Shown: positions 7,791 through 16,728, counted from the first letter of the stretch. The stretch: 32,000 nt of DNA from Acholeplasma laidlawii PG-8A (GCF_000018785.1 NC_010163.1:630001-662000); one strand, 5' to 3'. Notes: generated by a model from the sequence alone, not told the origin. A program made the numbers and translations.

Positions 7791-8618
7791 ATGGATGTAT
7801 TATTACCTAAAAAAGTTTATAAGTATCGCAAATTTGTAGAAAATGACATTAATGCTCTAGAAAACCTTGAATTATGGGGTGCTACTGCATCAGCAATGGC
7901 AGACGAACATGATTGTGGTGTAGTGGCAAATCTAGATTTAATAACTGAATTTTTGAAAGGTAAAATGAAATCTGAATTCATTAATACAGTCTGCGAAAAT
8001 TTACTTAAACGCTTCAATGATTATTTCAGATCATCAAGATACATAATTTCCCTTTGCGATGATCACAGTGTAGATACTATGTGGAATCAATATTCTGACA
8101 ATCATAGTGGATTTGTCATCGAATATGACACGAATGATATTATCTTTTTAACTAATAAAATACTTGATAAAATATATAATGAATTGGAATTTTCAAATAA
8201 TATAAAGAATCATGAAGCTGTTAAAGAGTTATTGCGAAAGTATGATACTGGTTTTTATAAAGTTAAATACACGAATGAACCCTTTGATATTACCAAAGAA
8301 TTATTATCTGAGTTGGAAATCATGCATAAAGAAAGAGTATCTAATGAATATACAGTGGTAGATTATAATGATAAACATTTTTTTCATCAAGAAAAACTCA
8401 TAAAAAATATAGTAACGACAAAAAAACTAGAACTATCATATGAAAACGAATGGCGAGTTGTGGTGCCATCACTTTTTAAAAATATGACGGTTAAAGCAAT
8501 GCCTTTATTGAGAGTTAAACCATCAAAAATTATTGTAGGTTCATTTGTTTCACCTCAAAATAGGGAAAGAATAAATGATATAGCAAAAAAACTATGCATT
8601 AAAATAGATTTTAGATAA
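7791..8618 (+). CDS. DUF2971-like protein
   Basis: N-terminal VYKYRKF...NALENLELWGATASAMADEHD and a later YENEWRVV resemble the DUF2971 consensus (YHY...l.fs.p..fNDp.E ... E.EWR). Assigned from memory of the family, not from a search. Confidence 0.5.
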   Translation: MDVLLPKKVYKYRKFVENDINALENLELWGATASAMADEHDCGVVANLDLITEFLKGKMKSEFINTVCENLLKRFNDYFRSSRYIISLCDDHSVDTMWNQYSDNHSGFVIEYDTNDIIFLTNKILDKIYNELEFSNNIKNHEAVKELLRKYDTGFYKVKYTNEPFDITKELLSELEIMHKERVSNEYTVVDYNDKHFFHQEKLIKNIVTTKKLELSYENEWRVVVPSLFKNMTVKAMPLLRVKPSKIIVGSFVSPQNRERINDIAKKLCIKIDFR

Positions 8619-8645
8619 TTTGAAGAAATACATAGCAGGATAATT

Positions 8646-8978
8646 ATGGAAAAAACAAAAATAAACATTGAATATTTGCGACTTAAGTCGCTTTTTTCAT
8701 CTGTCGATGAAACCAAAACAGAACTAGTTGATAGTTTGATACAACAAGCAGCTTTTATGAAGGTTGAACTTGGAATACTTCAAAATCAAATCAGAATACA
8801 TGGAGCTGTTCAAGTTTCAAGTAAAGGTGCACAGCGTCAAACTGAAGCTGCAAAGTATTACACTAAGTTAGTTAATTCATATGGAACTGTAATAAAAACA
8901 CTCAACTCAATAATGGGTAAAAATATAATCGATGAAGATGATGAATTTGACAAGTTTATAGGTAGAATGTCTGAATGA
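8646..8978 (+). CDS. terS: Terminase small subunit (P27 family-like)
   Basis: 110 aa, lies immediately upstream of terL with an ATGA overlap. Size and helical character are typical of P27-type small terminases that pair with an HNH. Confidence 0.7.
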   Translation: MEKTKINIEYLRLKSLFSSVDETKTELVDSLIQQAAFMKVELGILQNQIRIHGAVQVSSKGAQRQTEAAKYYTKLVNSYGTVIKTLNSIMGKNIIDEDDEFDKFIGRMSE

Positions 8979-10612
8979 ATTACTTAATTAAATATTATGA
9001 CGAGATTCAAAAAGGAAATATCATTGTTGGTAAAGAATTACTAACAGTTCTAGAAACGCTAATTCAAGATATGGATAATCATAGATATACGTTTGATGAA
9101 AAGCCAGGAAATATTCGAATTGAGTTTATCGAAACATTTTGTAAGCATACGAAAAGTCCATTTAATGGTGAACCATTCATTTTAGAACTATGGGAAAAAG
9201 CAATTCTACAAGCTGCTTATGGATTCAAAATTGCTGATACCAATCTCAGGAGGTTTAATGAAGTAATTCTACTTATTGCTAGAAAGAATGGTAAGACTAC
9301 ATTCATTGCAGGTATTGATTTAGCAGAGTTTTTCTTATCTAAGGGTGGTGTTGATATTGTATGTGCTTCAAACACATCGGAGCAGGCTAATATATTGTTT
9401 GATGAAATCAACAACATGAGAGAAGGTTCAAAAGCATTATCAAATGAAAAAAGAAGTAAAAAGAATATTTTTCATATTTATTCACCAAAGTCAAAAAACA
9501 AGATAAAGAAACTATCCGCACAATCACGAAACAAAGATGGTTACAACATTGAAGTTGGTTGTATCGATGAAGTACATGAAATGACTGATTCTAAGGTTTA
9601 TGATGCGATCAAGCAAAGTCAATCGACCAAAGAAGAACCACTTATTTTTATCATTACAACTGAAGGTAATACAGTGGGTGGTTTCTTAGATAGCAAACTT
9701 GATTATGTTAGAAAGATGATCAAAGGGGAGATTAACGATGAACGTGTGCTTCCTTGGTTATACACTCAAGATTCAATTAATGAAATCTATGAAGATAAGA
9801 GCACATGGCAGAAAAGTAATCCAAGTTTAGGTACTGTAAAAACATATTCATATCTTGAAGACTTAATGAATAAATCCAGACATGACTTAGCAACACGAGT
9901 TACGATGCTTTGTAAAGACTTCAACATTAAGCAATTAGAACAAGGATCATGGTTAACTTATAATGATCTAAATAACGAATCAACCTATGATATCAATGAG
10001 TTAAGAAACAGTTATGCTATAGGCGGTGTTGACTTGTCATCAACAACAGACCTTACGGTTGCACTCTTACTTCTAATTAAAAATGGAAAGAAGTATGTTA
10101 TCCCACAGTTCTTTATGCCAAGTGAAGTTATAAAGCGCAGAAAGGAAGAGGATAACGTTCCCTATGACATTTGGGTTCAACGAGGTTTAATCACTGTTAC
10201 AGAAGGTAATCAAAATGACTTCACACTTGTTACACAGTGGTTTCTAATGATGATTAGGACATATGAGATTAGACCTCTATGGGTAGGTTATGATCCGTGG
10301 AATAGTCAGTACTGGACTAAAGAAATGGAAGACTTAGGGTTTGAAATGGAAAAGGTCAGACAAGGAATATACTCTTTATCAGAACCTATGAAACAACTTG
10401 AAGCGGATCTTAAAAATGGTAATGTAATCTATAATAATAATCCAATCATGAAATGGAACTTGTCTAATACTCAAGCAAAGATTGATATCAATGGAAATAT
10501 TCAGCCATCAAAACTTGGAAGCAAGTATAAAAGAATTGATGGAGCTGTAGCACTTATTATTGCTTATGCAGTGCTTAATAGATATAAGTTAGAATATGAA
10601 AATATGTTATAA
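8975..10612 (+). CDS. terL: Terminase large subunit
   Basis: 545 aa. Walker A-like ARKNGKTT, Walker B-like GCIDEVHE, and a C-terminal nuclease region (GGVDLSSTTDLT ... GYDPWN ... IDGAVALIIA). Position is upstream of the portal gene. Confidence 0.93.
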   Translation: MNYLIKYYDEIQKGNIIVGKELLTVLETLIQDMDNHRYTFDEKPGNIRIEFIETFCKHTKSPFNGEPFILELWEKAILQAAYGFKIADTNLRRFNEVILLIARKNGKTTFIAGIDLAEFFLSKGGVDIVCASNTSEQANILFDEINNMREGSKALSNEKRSKKNIFHIYSPKSKNKIKKLSAQSRNKDGYNIEVGCIDEVHEMTDSKVYDAIKQSQSTKEEPLIFIITTEGNTVGGFLDSKLDYVRKMIKGEINDERVLPWLYTQDSINEIYEDKSTWQKSNPSLGTVKTYSYLEDLMNKSRHDLATRVTMLCKDFNIKQLEQGSWLTYNDLNNESTYDINELRNSYAIGGVDLSSTTDLTVALLLLIKNGKKYVIPQFFMPSEVIKRRKEEDNVPYDIWVQRGLITVTEGNQNDFTLVTQWFLMMIRTYEIRPLWVGYDPWNSQYWTKEMEDLGFEMEKVRQGIYSLSEPMKQLEADLKNGNVIYNNNPIMKWNLSNTQAKIDINGNIQPSKLGSKYKRIDGAVALIIAYAVLNRYKLEYENML

Positions 10613-10629
10613 TTTTATAGGGTGATTTA

Positions 10630-11154
10630 ATGAGCAAAGTATTTGATGATGTAGTCAAGTTGAAAGTCTATGAAAAAAACATTAATCAATATGATTCTAT
10701 TATCGATAACTTTTTATCGAGGTATTTTATTTGTGAAACATATGCAAAAGAGTTACAGAAGAATGAACTTTATAGTAATAACAAAGCGGAGTTAATGAAA
10801 CAATTCAAAAAGGAAATAGGACAATTATTGACATCAGAATCTTTAGAAAAAAGATTAGATACATTAGATATGTCAAAGTTCAAAATCTTTAATGAAAGAA
10901 AAAATGACATCAATGTAGGAACATTGAAAAGAATTATTCCAAACGAGAAGTTTAATGAAGATGATTTAAACTTGATATTTTACTCTACAGCAATTAAGAA
11001 TGCAAATAATGATAATATTAAGACTGCTAGAGTATTAAGAAATGAAATTGTACATAGCCTTAGTGAATCAGCGATGAATGAAGTGAAATCTAGGAACACT
11101 GAATTGCTTAAAATCATGACCAGTTTCATTGAATTATTCAGGAGTAATAGTTAA
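10630..11154 (+). CDS. Small HEPN-like protein (Rx4H motif), a moron between terL and portal
   Basis: VLRNEIVHSL at aa 135-144 (R137-x4-H142; nt 11038-11055) in a predicted all-helical 174-aa protein. AGGGTGA RBS. No phage structural role is expected at this position. Confidence 0.45.
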   Translation: MSKVFDDVVKLKVYEKNINQYDSIIDNFLSRYFICETYAKELQKNELYSNNKAELMKQFKKEIGQLLTSESLEKRLDTLDMSKFKIFNERKNDINVGTLKRIIPNEKFNEDDLNLIFYSTAIKNANNDNIKTARVLRNEIVHSLSESAMNEVKSRNTELLKIMTSFIELFRSNS

Positions 11155-11169
11155 AAAGAGGTGATATAG

Positions 11170-12384
11170 TTGGGTATTTTTAATAGAAAGAAAAAACAAG
11201 GCTCAGCAGAGTCATTTAAGTTTGTAAATGAAATCAATCTACCACTTACTAATTTTGGTACTAACATCTCAAAATCTGATGTTGTGAAGATTGCGATTGA
11301 TAGGATAGCAAGTCAGTGTGCAAAATTAAAACCACGATACATAAAGAAATCAAACGATAAGACAGTTACAGAGAAATCTGGCAAACTGTCTTTTATTTTA
11401 AAGCACCAACCAAATGAGGTCATGACACCTTATCAGTTTATCTATATGGTGATTACGACATTGTTAATGAACGACAATGCATTTATCTATCCAATGTTTG
11501 ATAGTTCAACTGGTGAAATCAAAGCTCTTTATCCACTAAAACCATCCATCGTTGAACCAATTATTGATTCTTGTGGTAGTTATTACTTGAAGTTTAGTTT
11601 TGATAGTCAAGAATCCTTTACGATTCCATACGAGAACATTATTCACATCAAAAGATTCTATCACACGAATCAGATCTTCGGTGGTTCAAGTTCAAAAGGT
11701 GACCAAGAAGCACTCTTGAAAACAATCCAAATTAATGAGAATGTACTTCAAGGTATTGATAACGCACTTAAGAACTCCATGCAGATTAAAGGACTACTCA
11801 AAATGAGTGCTATGCTAAGTGAAACAGATAAAAAGAAACAACTTGATTCATTTAATGAAATACTTAAAGAGTCCATTAGGAATAAGGGTAGTTCTATTAT
11901 TCCGGTAGATTTGAAAGGTGATTATGTGCCTTTAACAACAGACCCAAAGTTAATCGATAAGGATACCTTAGAGTTCCTACAATCAAAAATCCTAGATTAC
12001 TTTGGTGTATCAGTTCCAATCTTTCATTCCAAATATACAGAAGATGAATTCAACTCATTTTATGAACAAACCATCGAGCCTTTAGCCATTCAAATGTCTG
12101 AGGCTTTTTCTTTAGGCTTGCTTACTCAAAATGAAATCATGCGAGGTGAGGAGATTATCTTTTATAGTGAAAGACTTCAATACGCATCATGGAACACAAA
12201 GGTTACAGCGATTGAAAAACTGATGGGGTTAGGCATCATGTCACTTAATGAATCAAGAGGGTTGTTAGGACTTGAACCAGTAGAAAATGGTGATAGAAGA
12301 TTACAGTCACTCAATTATGTCGATGCTACTAAAGCAAACGAATATCAAGTAGGGAAGGATGATTTTAATGAAGGTAACAATTAA
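11170..12384 (+). CDS. Portal protein (HK97 family)
   Basis: 404 aa, between terL and the prohead protease. AGAGGTGA RBS with a TTG start. Sequence character is typical of HK97-type portals. Confidence 0.88.
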   Translation: MGIFNRKKKQGSAESFKFVNEINLPLTNFGTNISKSDVVKIAIDRIASQCAKLKPRYIKKSNDKTVTEKSGKLSFILKHQPNEVMTPYQFIYMVITTLLMNDNAFIYPMFDSSTGEIKALYPLKPSIVEPIIDSCGSYYLKFSFDSQESFTIPYENIIHIKRFYHTNQIFGGSSSKGDQEALLKTIQINENVLQGIDNALKNSMQIKGLLKMSAMLSETDKKKQLDSFNEILKESIRNKGSSIIPVDLKGDYVPLTTDPKLIDKDTLEFLQSKILDYFGVSVPIFHSKYTEDEFNSFYEQTIEPLAIQMSEAFSLGLLTQNEIMRGEEIIFYSERLQYASWNTKVTAIEKLMGLGIMSLNESRGLLGLEPVENGDRRLQSLNYVDATKANEYQVGKDDFNEGNN

Positions 12385-12562
12385 TGGTAAGGTTTCAAAA
12401 GATGTATTAAATACAGTCTTAGAAGAACAGAAAGAAAAGATTAATACGATAGAAATATTTTGTAAGACACACAAGATTAATGAGTTTTCATACAAGGACA
12501 ATGAACTTGAATACGAGTATGGAAAGCAACAAGCTAAACCTAAGGAGGTTGAAAAGCGATGA
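12359..12562 (+). CDS. Small hypothetical protein between portal and protease
   Basis: Overlap-coupled on both sides (ATGA with the protease). The likely start is the ATG at 12368. Confidence 0.4.
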   Translation: MILMKVTINGKVSKDVLNTVLEEQKEKINTIEIFCKTHKINEFSYKDNELEYEYGKQQAKPKEVEKR

Positions 12563-13155
12563 AGAAAGAAACCAGAATAGCGGAAGTCAAGTTAGAAGAA
12601 ACTGATGACAAGATGATCTTAGAAGGTTATGCGATCGTTTATGATGAACCGACTTTGATTGGTGACGAATCATATGGATTCATTGAAAGCATTAGCAGAA
12701 GTGCAATCACTGATGCTGCAATTAAAGATGTACCAATGAAGTATAACCACATGGATTCATTCTTAATCATTGCACGAACTAAAAATGGCTCACTTACTTT
12801 AACAAGTGATGATGTTGGATTAAAGGTAAGAGCGGAATTACTCGACACACAAAGTAATCAAGATATTTTTAAGATGGTCAAATCTGGCTTATTGGATAAG
12901 ATGAGCTTTGCATTTGTAGTTAGTGAACAGGAATGGGATCGTAGTGGTAACATTCCAAAAAGAAATATTAGAAAGATTGAACGTTTGTATGATGTTTCAA
13001 TCGTTGACACACCTGCTTATGATAAGACTTCGATTTATGCTCGTTCTTTAGAAGCTATGGACTTAGAGCTAAAGACTATGGATTTAGCAGAGAAAAATAA
13101 GAAGACTGAACTTATAAGAAAAAAACTAAATTTGAAAATAAAAATAGGAGAATAG
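12559..13155 (+). CDS. Prohead serine protease (HK97 family)
   Basis: EGYAIVYDEPT..., KYNHMD, DKMSFAF and VSIVDTPAY are typical of Caudovirus prohead protease S78. Position is upstream of the capsid gene. Confidence 0.88.
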   Translation: MKKETRIAEVKLEETDDKMILEGYAIVYDEPTLIGDESYGFIESISRSAITDAAIKDVPMKYNHMDSFLIIARTKNGSLTLTSDDVGLKVRAELLDTQSNQDIFKMVKSGLLDKMSFAFVVSEQEWDRSGNIPKRNIRKIERLYDVSIVDTPAYDKTSIYARSLEAMDLELKTMDLAEKNKKTELIRKKLNLKIKIGE

Positions 13156-13159
13156 AAGC

Positions 13160-14287
13160 ATGAATTTAGAAAAACGAAGTAATGAAATTAAAGCACGCAT
13201 CACTGAAATCAAAGGTTTGATTGGTGCTGAAGTAACACTTGAAGTGTTAGAACAACTAGAAGCTGAAGTTGATGAACTGAATAAAGAAAAAGACACGATT
13301 GAAAGAAAACTTGCGATTCAAAACAAGACAAAAATCAATCCAGTCGTTATTGAAAGATCTAATCAAGTGGATAAAGATCAATTAGAAACTCGTGGTAAGA
13401 ATTTAAGAGAAAGCAGAGTCATTCAAGTTTCAAGTGAAGAGATTCTATTACCAGAACACATTGCTGATGGCATTGCACCACATCCATTCGCACAAGTATC
13501 TGCGTTAGTGGATAAGGTAAAGGTTGTCAATCTAAACGGTGGGGAAACCTACAAGAAATCATTTGTCAAAGGTAGTGGCATCGCTGGTTTAACTGGAGAA
13601 GGTGAACCTTATTCAGAAACAGAACCAGAGTATGGTTATCTAACCATTACTAAAGTTAAAGTGACAGCTTACACAGAAATCACAGAAGAGTTAGAAAAAC
13701 TACCTAACTTACCATATCAAGCTGAAGTATTAAAGAACATTAATCTTTCACTTAAAAAGAAGATTAGTGAACAAATCCTAAGAGGACCAGGTACTTCTAA
13801 TACATTCACAGGTATTTTTAGTGATAAAGCAATCGCTCTATCTGACACAACTGATTTAGAAATCACATCGATTACCGATTCTACATTAGATGACATCATC
13901 TTTGCTTATGGTGGTGATGAAGAAGTCGAAGGTGCCGCATACCTAATCCTTAACAAGAATGACCTAAGAGCATTCGCAGGATTACGTACTGCAGAAGGTA
14001 GAAAAGTACACACGATTGACTATATTAACAACACGATTGATGGTATTCCATACATCATCAATTCTCATTGTAAAGCTATTTCGGATACAAATACTTCAGC
14101 TGGAGAATATGGTCTTGCATATGGATCCTTACTCAACTATGAAGTACCTGTTTTCTCACCAGTTGAGATCAGTAAGTCTAATGATTACAAATTCAAAGAT
14201 GGCATCATTTGCTACAAGGCTTCCGTATTCACAGGCGGTAACGTTGTAGGGTATAAAGGTTTCTTAAGAGTTAAAAAGAAAGCCTAA
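13160..14287 (+). CDS. Major capsid protein (HK97 fold), with an N-terminal delta/scaffold-like coiled coil
   Basis: 375 aa. The N-terminal ~100 aa are coiled-coil, followed by the capsid body. Position follows the protease. Confidence 0.88.
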   Translation: MNLEKRSNEIKARITEIKGLIGAEVTLEVLEQLEAEVDELNKEKDTIERKLAIQNKTKINPVVIERSNQVDKDQLETRGKNLRESRVIQVSSEEILLPEHIADGIAPHPFAQVSALVDKVKVVNLNGGETYKKSFVKGSGIAGLTGEGEPYSETEPEYGYLTITKVKVTAYTEITEELEKLPNLPYQAEVLKNINLSLKKKISEQILRGPGTSNTFTGIFSDKAIALSDTTDLEITSITDSTLDDIIFAYGGDEEVEGAAYLILNKNDLRAFAGLRTAEGRKVHTIDYINNTIDGIPYIINSHCKAISDTNTSAGEYGLAYGSLLNYEVPVFSPVEISKSNDYKFKDGIICYKASVFTGGNVVGYKGFLRVKKKA

Positions 14288-14312
14288 GCATCAATAGAAT
14301 AGAGGTTAGAAT

Positions 14313-14603
14313 ATGGGACTACTTGAAACAGTAAAAAAATCATTGCTGATTCCAATCAGCGAGACCTATGCTGATGATGAATTAAATAATCACATCAGTG
14401 CATGTAAAAACTTACTCGTATCTACCGGGATTACGTCAGTTGTTGTAGAGAACCATCCATTAGCCCATTCGCTAGTGGTTATTTACTGCAAGACCTTCTT
14501 TGGGTTTAAAGCAGATGGTTCAGTTAAAGATCTACCGAAGAGTTTTGACATGCTGTTAAATCAATTAGCATTATCAAGTGGTGAGTATCATGTTTCCGAG
14601 TAG
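14313..14603 (+). CDS. Head-tail connector (gp6-like)
   Basis: 96 aa, first gene after the capsid gene. N-terminal LLETVKKSL..I....DDEL pattern is typical of gp6-like connectors. Confidence 0.65.
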   Translation: MGLLETVKKSLLIPISETYADDELNNHISACKNLLVSTGITSVVVENHPLAHSLVVIYCKTFFGFKADGSVKDLPKSFDMLLNQLALSSGEYHVSE

Positions 14604-14928
14604 TCCAAATATTCGACTGACTTTACTGAAGATCAAATTAAGTAAAGATGAGATCGGCAATCAAGGTTATGGTTTCATATCCAAAAAAGAAGTCATTGGT
14701 ATATCTAAGTCAGTAACTTCTAAAGAATACTATGAAAGCAAGAAAAATGAATATAAAGTAGACATGGCACTAAAGATTCAAAGCTTCTTATATGATGGAA
14801 GTAAGTACGCGATCATTGATGATTTGATTTATCAGATTGAGCGAACCTATCTACAAGGACAATTTTTAGAACTCTACTTGATGGAAACAAAAATAAAGGT
14901 AAGTGATATTTATGGCTACGTTGAATGA
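14578..14928 (+). CDS. Head closure / head-tail adaptor protein
   Basis: Size and position match the HK97-like connector series. The likely start is the ATG at 14590. Confidence 0.55.
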   Translation: MVSIMFPSSPNIRLTLLKIKLSKDEIGNQGYGFISKKEVIGISKSVTSKEYYESKKNEYKVDMALKIQSFLYDGSKYAIIDDLIYQIERTYLQGQFLELYLMETKIKVSDIYGYVE

Positions 14929-15289
14929 CTTTGTCGATGAAATTAATCATGAAATATCAGAATATGCTGAGTCAGTTAAAAAAGAACTTGAACAGAAACT
15001 TGATGAAACTGCAACTTTGATATTAGAGTATGTTATTGCAAACACACCTAGAAGTGGTAGAAAAGGTGCGATGGCTGATGAATTCATAAAGACTGATATC
15101 GGCGAAGGTCACACTAAAACAATCGTTATCCATGCCAAAGAAAAAGGTAGACTCGTTCATTTGATTGAATTTGGATTCCAACATAAGAGTGGAAAGTATG
15201 TCGCAGCAAGACCATTCATGAGACCAGCATTTGATTATTTTACACCTAAAATGATTGAGGATATTAGGAGGATTATAAGTGGGAACTAA
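14903..15289 (+). CDS. HK97 gp10-family tail-head joining protein
   Basis: HLIEFGFQHKSGKYVAARPFMRPAFD matches the gp10 family signature (vEfG...a.PFl.pA). Confidence 0.8.
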   Translation: MIFMATLNDFVDEINHEISEYAESVKKELEQKLDETATLILEYVIANTPRSGRKGAMADEFIKTDIGEGHTKTIVIHAKEKGRLVHLIEFGFQHKSGKYVAARPFMRPAFDYFTPKMIEDIRRIISGN

Positions 15290-15632
15290 AGAAAGATTAA
15301 CATACGTTTATGGACTCCTAAATCAAGTGTTACCAGGTCATGTGCATTATGCGCTTTATGTAACTGATAACGCTGAACCACCTTTTATCGTTTACCAAGA
15401 ACTAAGTAAGAATCCAAAGATCTATGCAGATGATTCATACTTGGTAAAACAAGTCACGATTCAAATAACGCTTGTGACCAAAACAAAAGATACAACGATT
15501 GAATCTAGTTTAGAAGAAGTATTACAAAATGCGGGTATTGATTTTAGAATGATTAGCGAATATTCAGTGATTGATACCGGCATTTATCGAGTTTATGAAA
15601 TAAAGATGGAGGAAATTAAAAATGAGCAATAA
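15279..15632 (+). CDS. Tail completion protein (gp11/DUF3168-like position)
   Basis: 117 aa, between gp10-like and the major tail protein. Call is based on synteny. Confidence 0.5.
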   Translation: MGTKERLTYVYGLLNQVLPGHVHYALYVTDNAEPPFIVYQELSKNPKIYADDSYLVKQVTIQITLVTKTKDTTIESSLEEVLQNAGIDFRMISEYSVIDTGIYRVYEIKMEEIKNEQ

Positions 15633-16191
15633 AGTAACATTTGGACTTAAGAACGTTCATTATGCAATTGTAACAGCAACGGAAGATGATACATGGGAAT
15701 TTGGTACACCTAAAAAGTTACACGGAGCACAAGAGCTCAGTGCAGAAGTCATCGCAGGTAAAACGGATGTTTATGCAGATGATAAAATTGTTGCAACGCT
15801 AGCATCAAGTAGTGGATCTAATATCACCTTAAAGTTAACTGAACTTGATGATGATTTCAAAGTAGATATCTTAGGGTTTGCAAGAGATTCTAACGGTAAC
15901 TTAGTAGAGATAGTCAACCATAGAACTAAAACATTCGCACTGGGATATGAGATTCAAGGCGATGTGAAATCAAGACGTATTTGGTATTTCTTGTGTACAG
16001 CTAGTCCTGTAAGTGATGCAACAAAAACAAAAGCTGAATCAATTGAACCGAATGCGGTAAGCATTACGATTACAGCAAGACCGATTGAAGTTGGGAATGT
16101 TTCAGTGATTAGAACGATTGCAAAATTTGGTGACACAAATTATCAACAGTTCTTTGCACAAGTTCCAACACTACCTGTTATAGGTGTTTAG
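15622..16191 (+). CDS. Major tail protein
   Basis: 189 aa, immediately upstream of the chaperone pair and the TMP. N-terminal FGLKNVHYA is typical of phi13-type major tail proteins. Confidence 0.78.
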   Translation: MSNKVTFGLKNVHYAIVTATEDDTWEFGTPKKLHGAQELSAEVIAGKTDVYADDKIVATLASSSGSNITLKLTELDDDFKVDILGFARDSNGNLVEIVNHRTKTFALGYEIQGDVKSRRIWYFLCTASPVSDATKTKAESIEPNAVSITITARPIEVGNVSVIRTIAKFGDTNYQQFFAQVPTLPVIGV

Positions 16192-16528
16192 TATGGAAAA
16201 AACAATTAATCTAAGAGGTGAGGATCTTAAACTAAGGTCTTCACTTTTTACTATTATCTCTTATCGTAGTGTATTTGGTACTGAGTTATTTAGCGACATT
16301 AAAAAGCTAGAGAACCTTAATAAGAATGAATCAGATGCAGCATTAGTCATTGATATTCTTTTTAGAATTATCTATATTTTGCATAAGCCTTACACAAAAA
16401 AGAGCTACGATGAGTTCTTGATGGATTTTGATTTTAGTGTTTTATCCGATGTGAAGGAGCTTGAGAACATTTCAAATACAATCACCATAATGCTTGGTGG
16501 TAATGAAGGTAAAGAAGACCCAAAGTAG
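16184..16528 (+). CDS. Tail assembly chaperone (gpG-like)
   Basis: Position is between the major tail protein and the TMP. The likely start is the ATG at 16193 (AGGTG RBS). The gene ends right after a slippery heptamer. Confidence 0.75.
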   Translation: MFSMEKTINLRGEDLKLRSSLFTIISYRSVFGTELFSDIKKLENLNKNESDAALVIDILFRIIYILHKPYTKKSYDEFLMDFDFSVLSDVKELENISNTITIMLGGNEGKEDPK

Positions 16529-16722
16529 AAATACAAGATGAGCAAAATACAACTGCTAATATCATTTACAATCTTGCTCATCTTGGCATCTCAATTAAGG
16601 ATACAGAGTACTTCGATATTGATGTATATGCAATGCTAATTGAACTAGAAGTTAAAACACTCTCCAATGAACCACAAACAAAAAGAGCAACACAAAGAGA
16701 CATAGATTTATTCTTATTATAA
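16184..16722 (+). CDS. Tail assembly chaperone frameshift product (gpGT-like); -1 shift at 16519-16525
   Basis: The -1 frame extension VEIQDEQNTTANIIYNLAHLGISIKDTEYFDIDVYAMLIELEVKTLSNEPQTKRATQRDIDLFLL has no stop. It fills the otherwise ORF-less gap 16529-16728. Confidence 0.65.
16519..16525 (+). promoter_or_regulatory. Programmed -1 ribosomal frameshift slippery heptamer CCCAAAG (X_XXY_YYZ)
   Basis: The zero frame reads gaC CCA AAG TAG. The -1 frame stays open for a further ~65 codons to the TAA at 16720-16722, just before the TMP start. Confidence 0.7.
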
Positions 16723-16728
16723 AGGTAG

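Noticed and set aside
6201-8618. Thoeris, SIR2-HerA, DSR or SPARSA assignment for the SIR2 gene
   Set aside because: No TIR, HerA, pAgo or STAND-like partner is present, and the SIR2 protein (about 520 aa even if fused) is far shorter than DSR1/DSR2. It is therefore kept as unclassified.
14016-14249. Alternative-frame ORFs inside the capsid gene (14016-14249) and the fibre genes (22544-22735, 22977-23183)
   Set aside because: They are embedded in strongly supported structural genes. They are short and have atypical composition.
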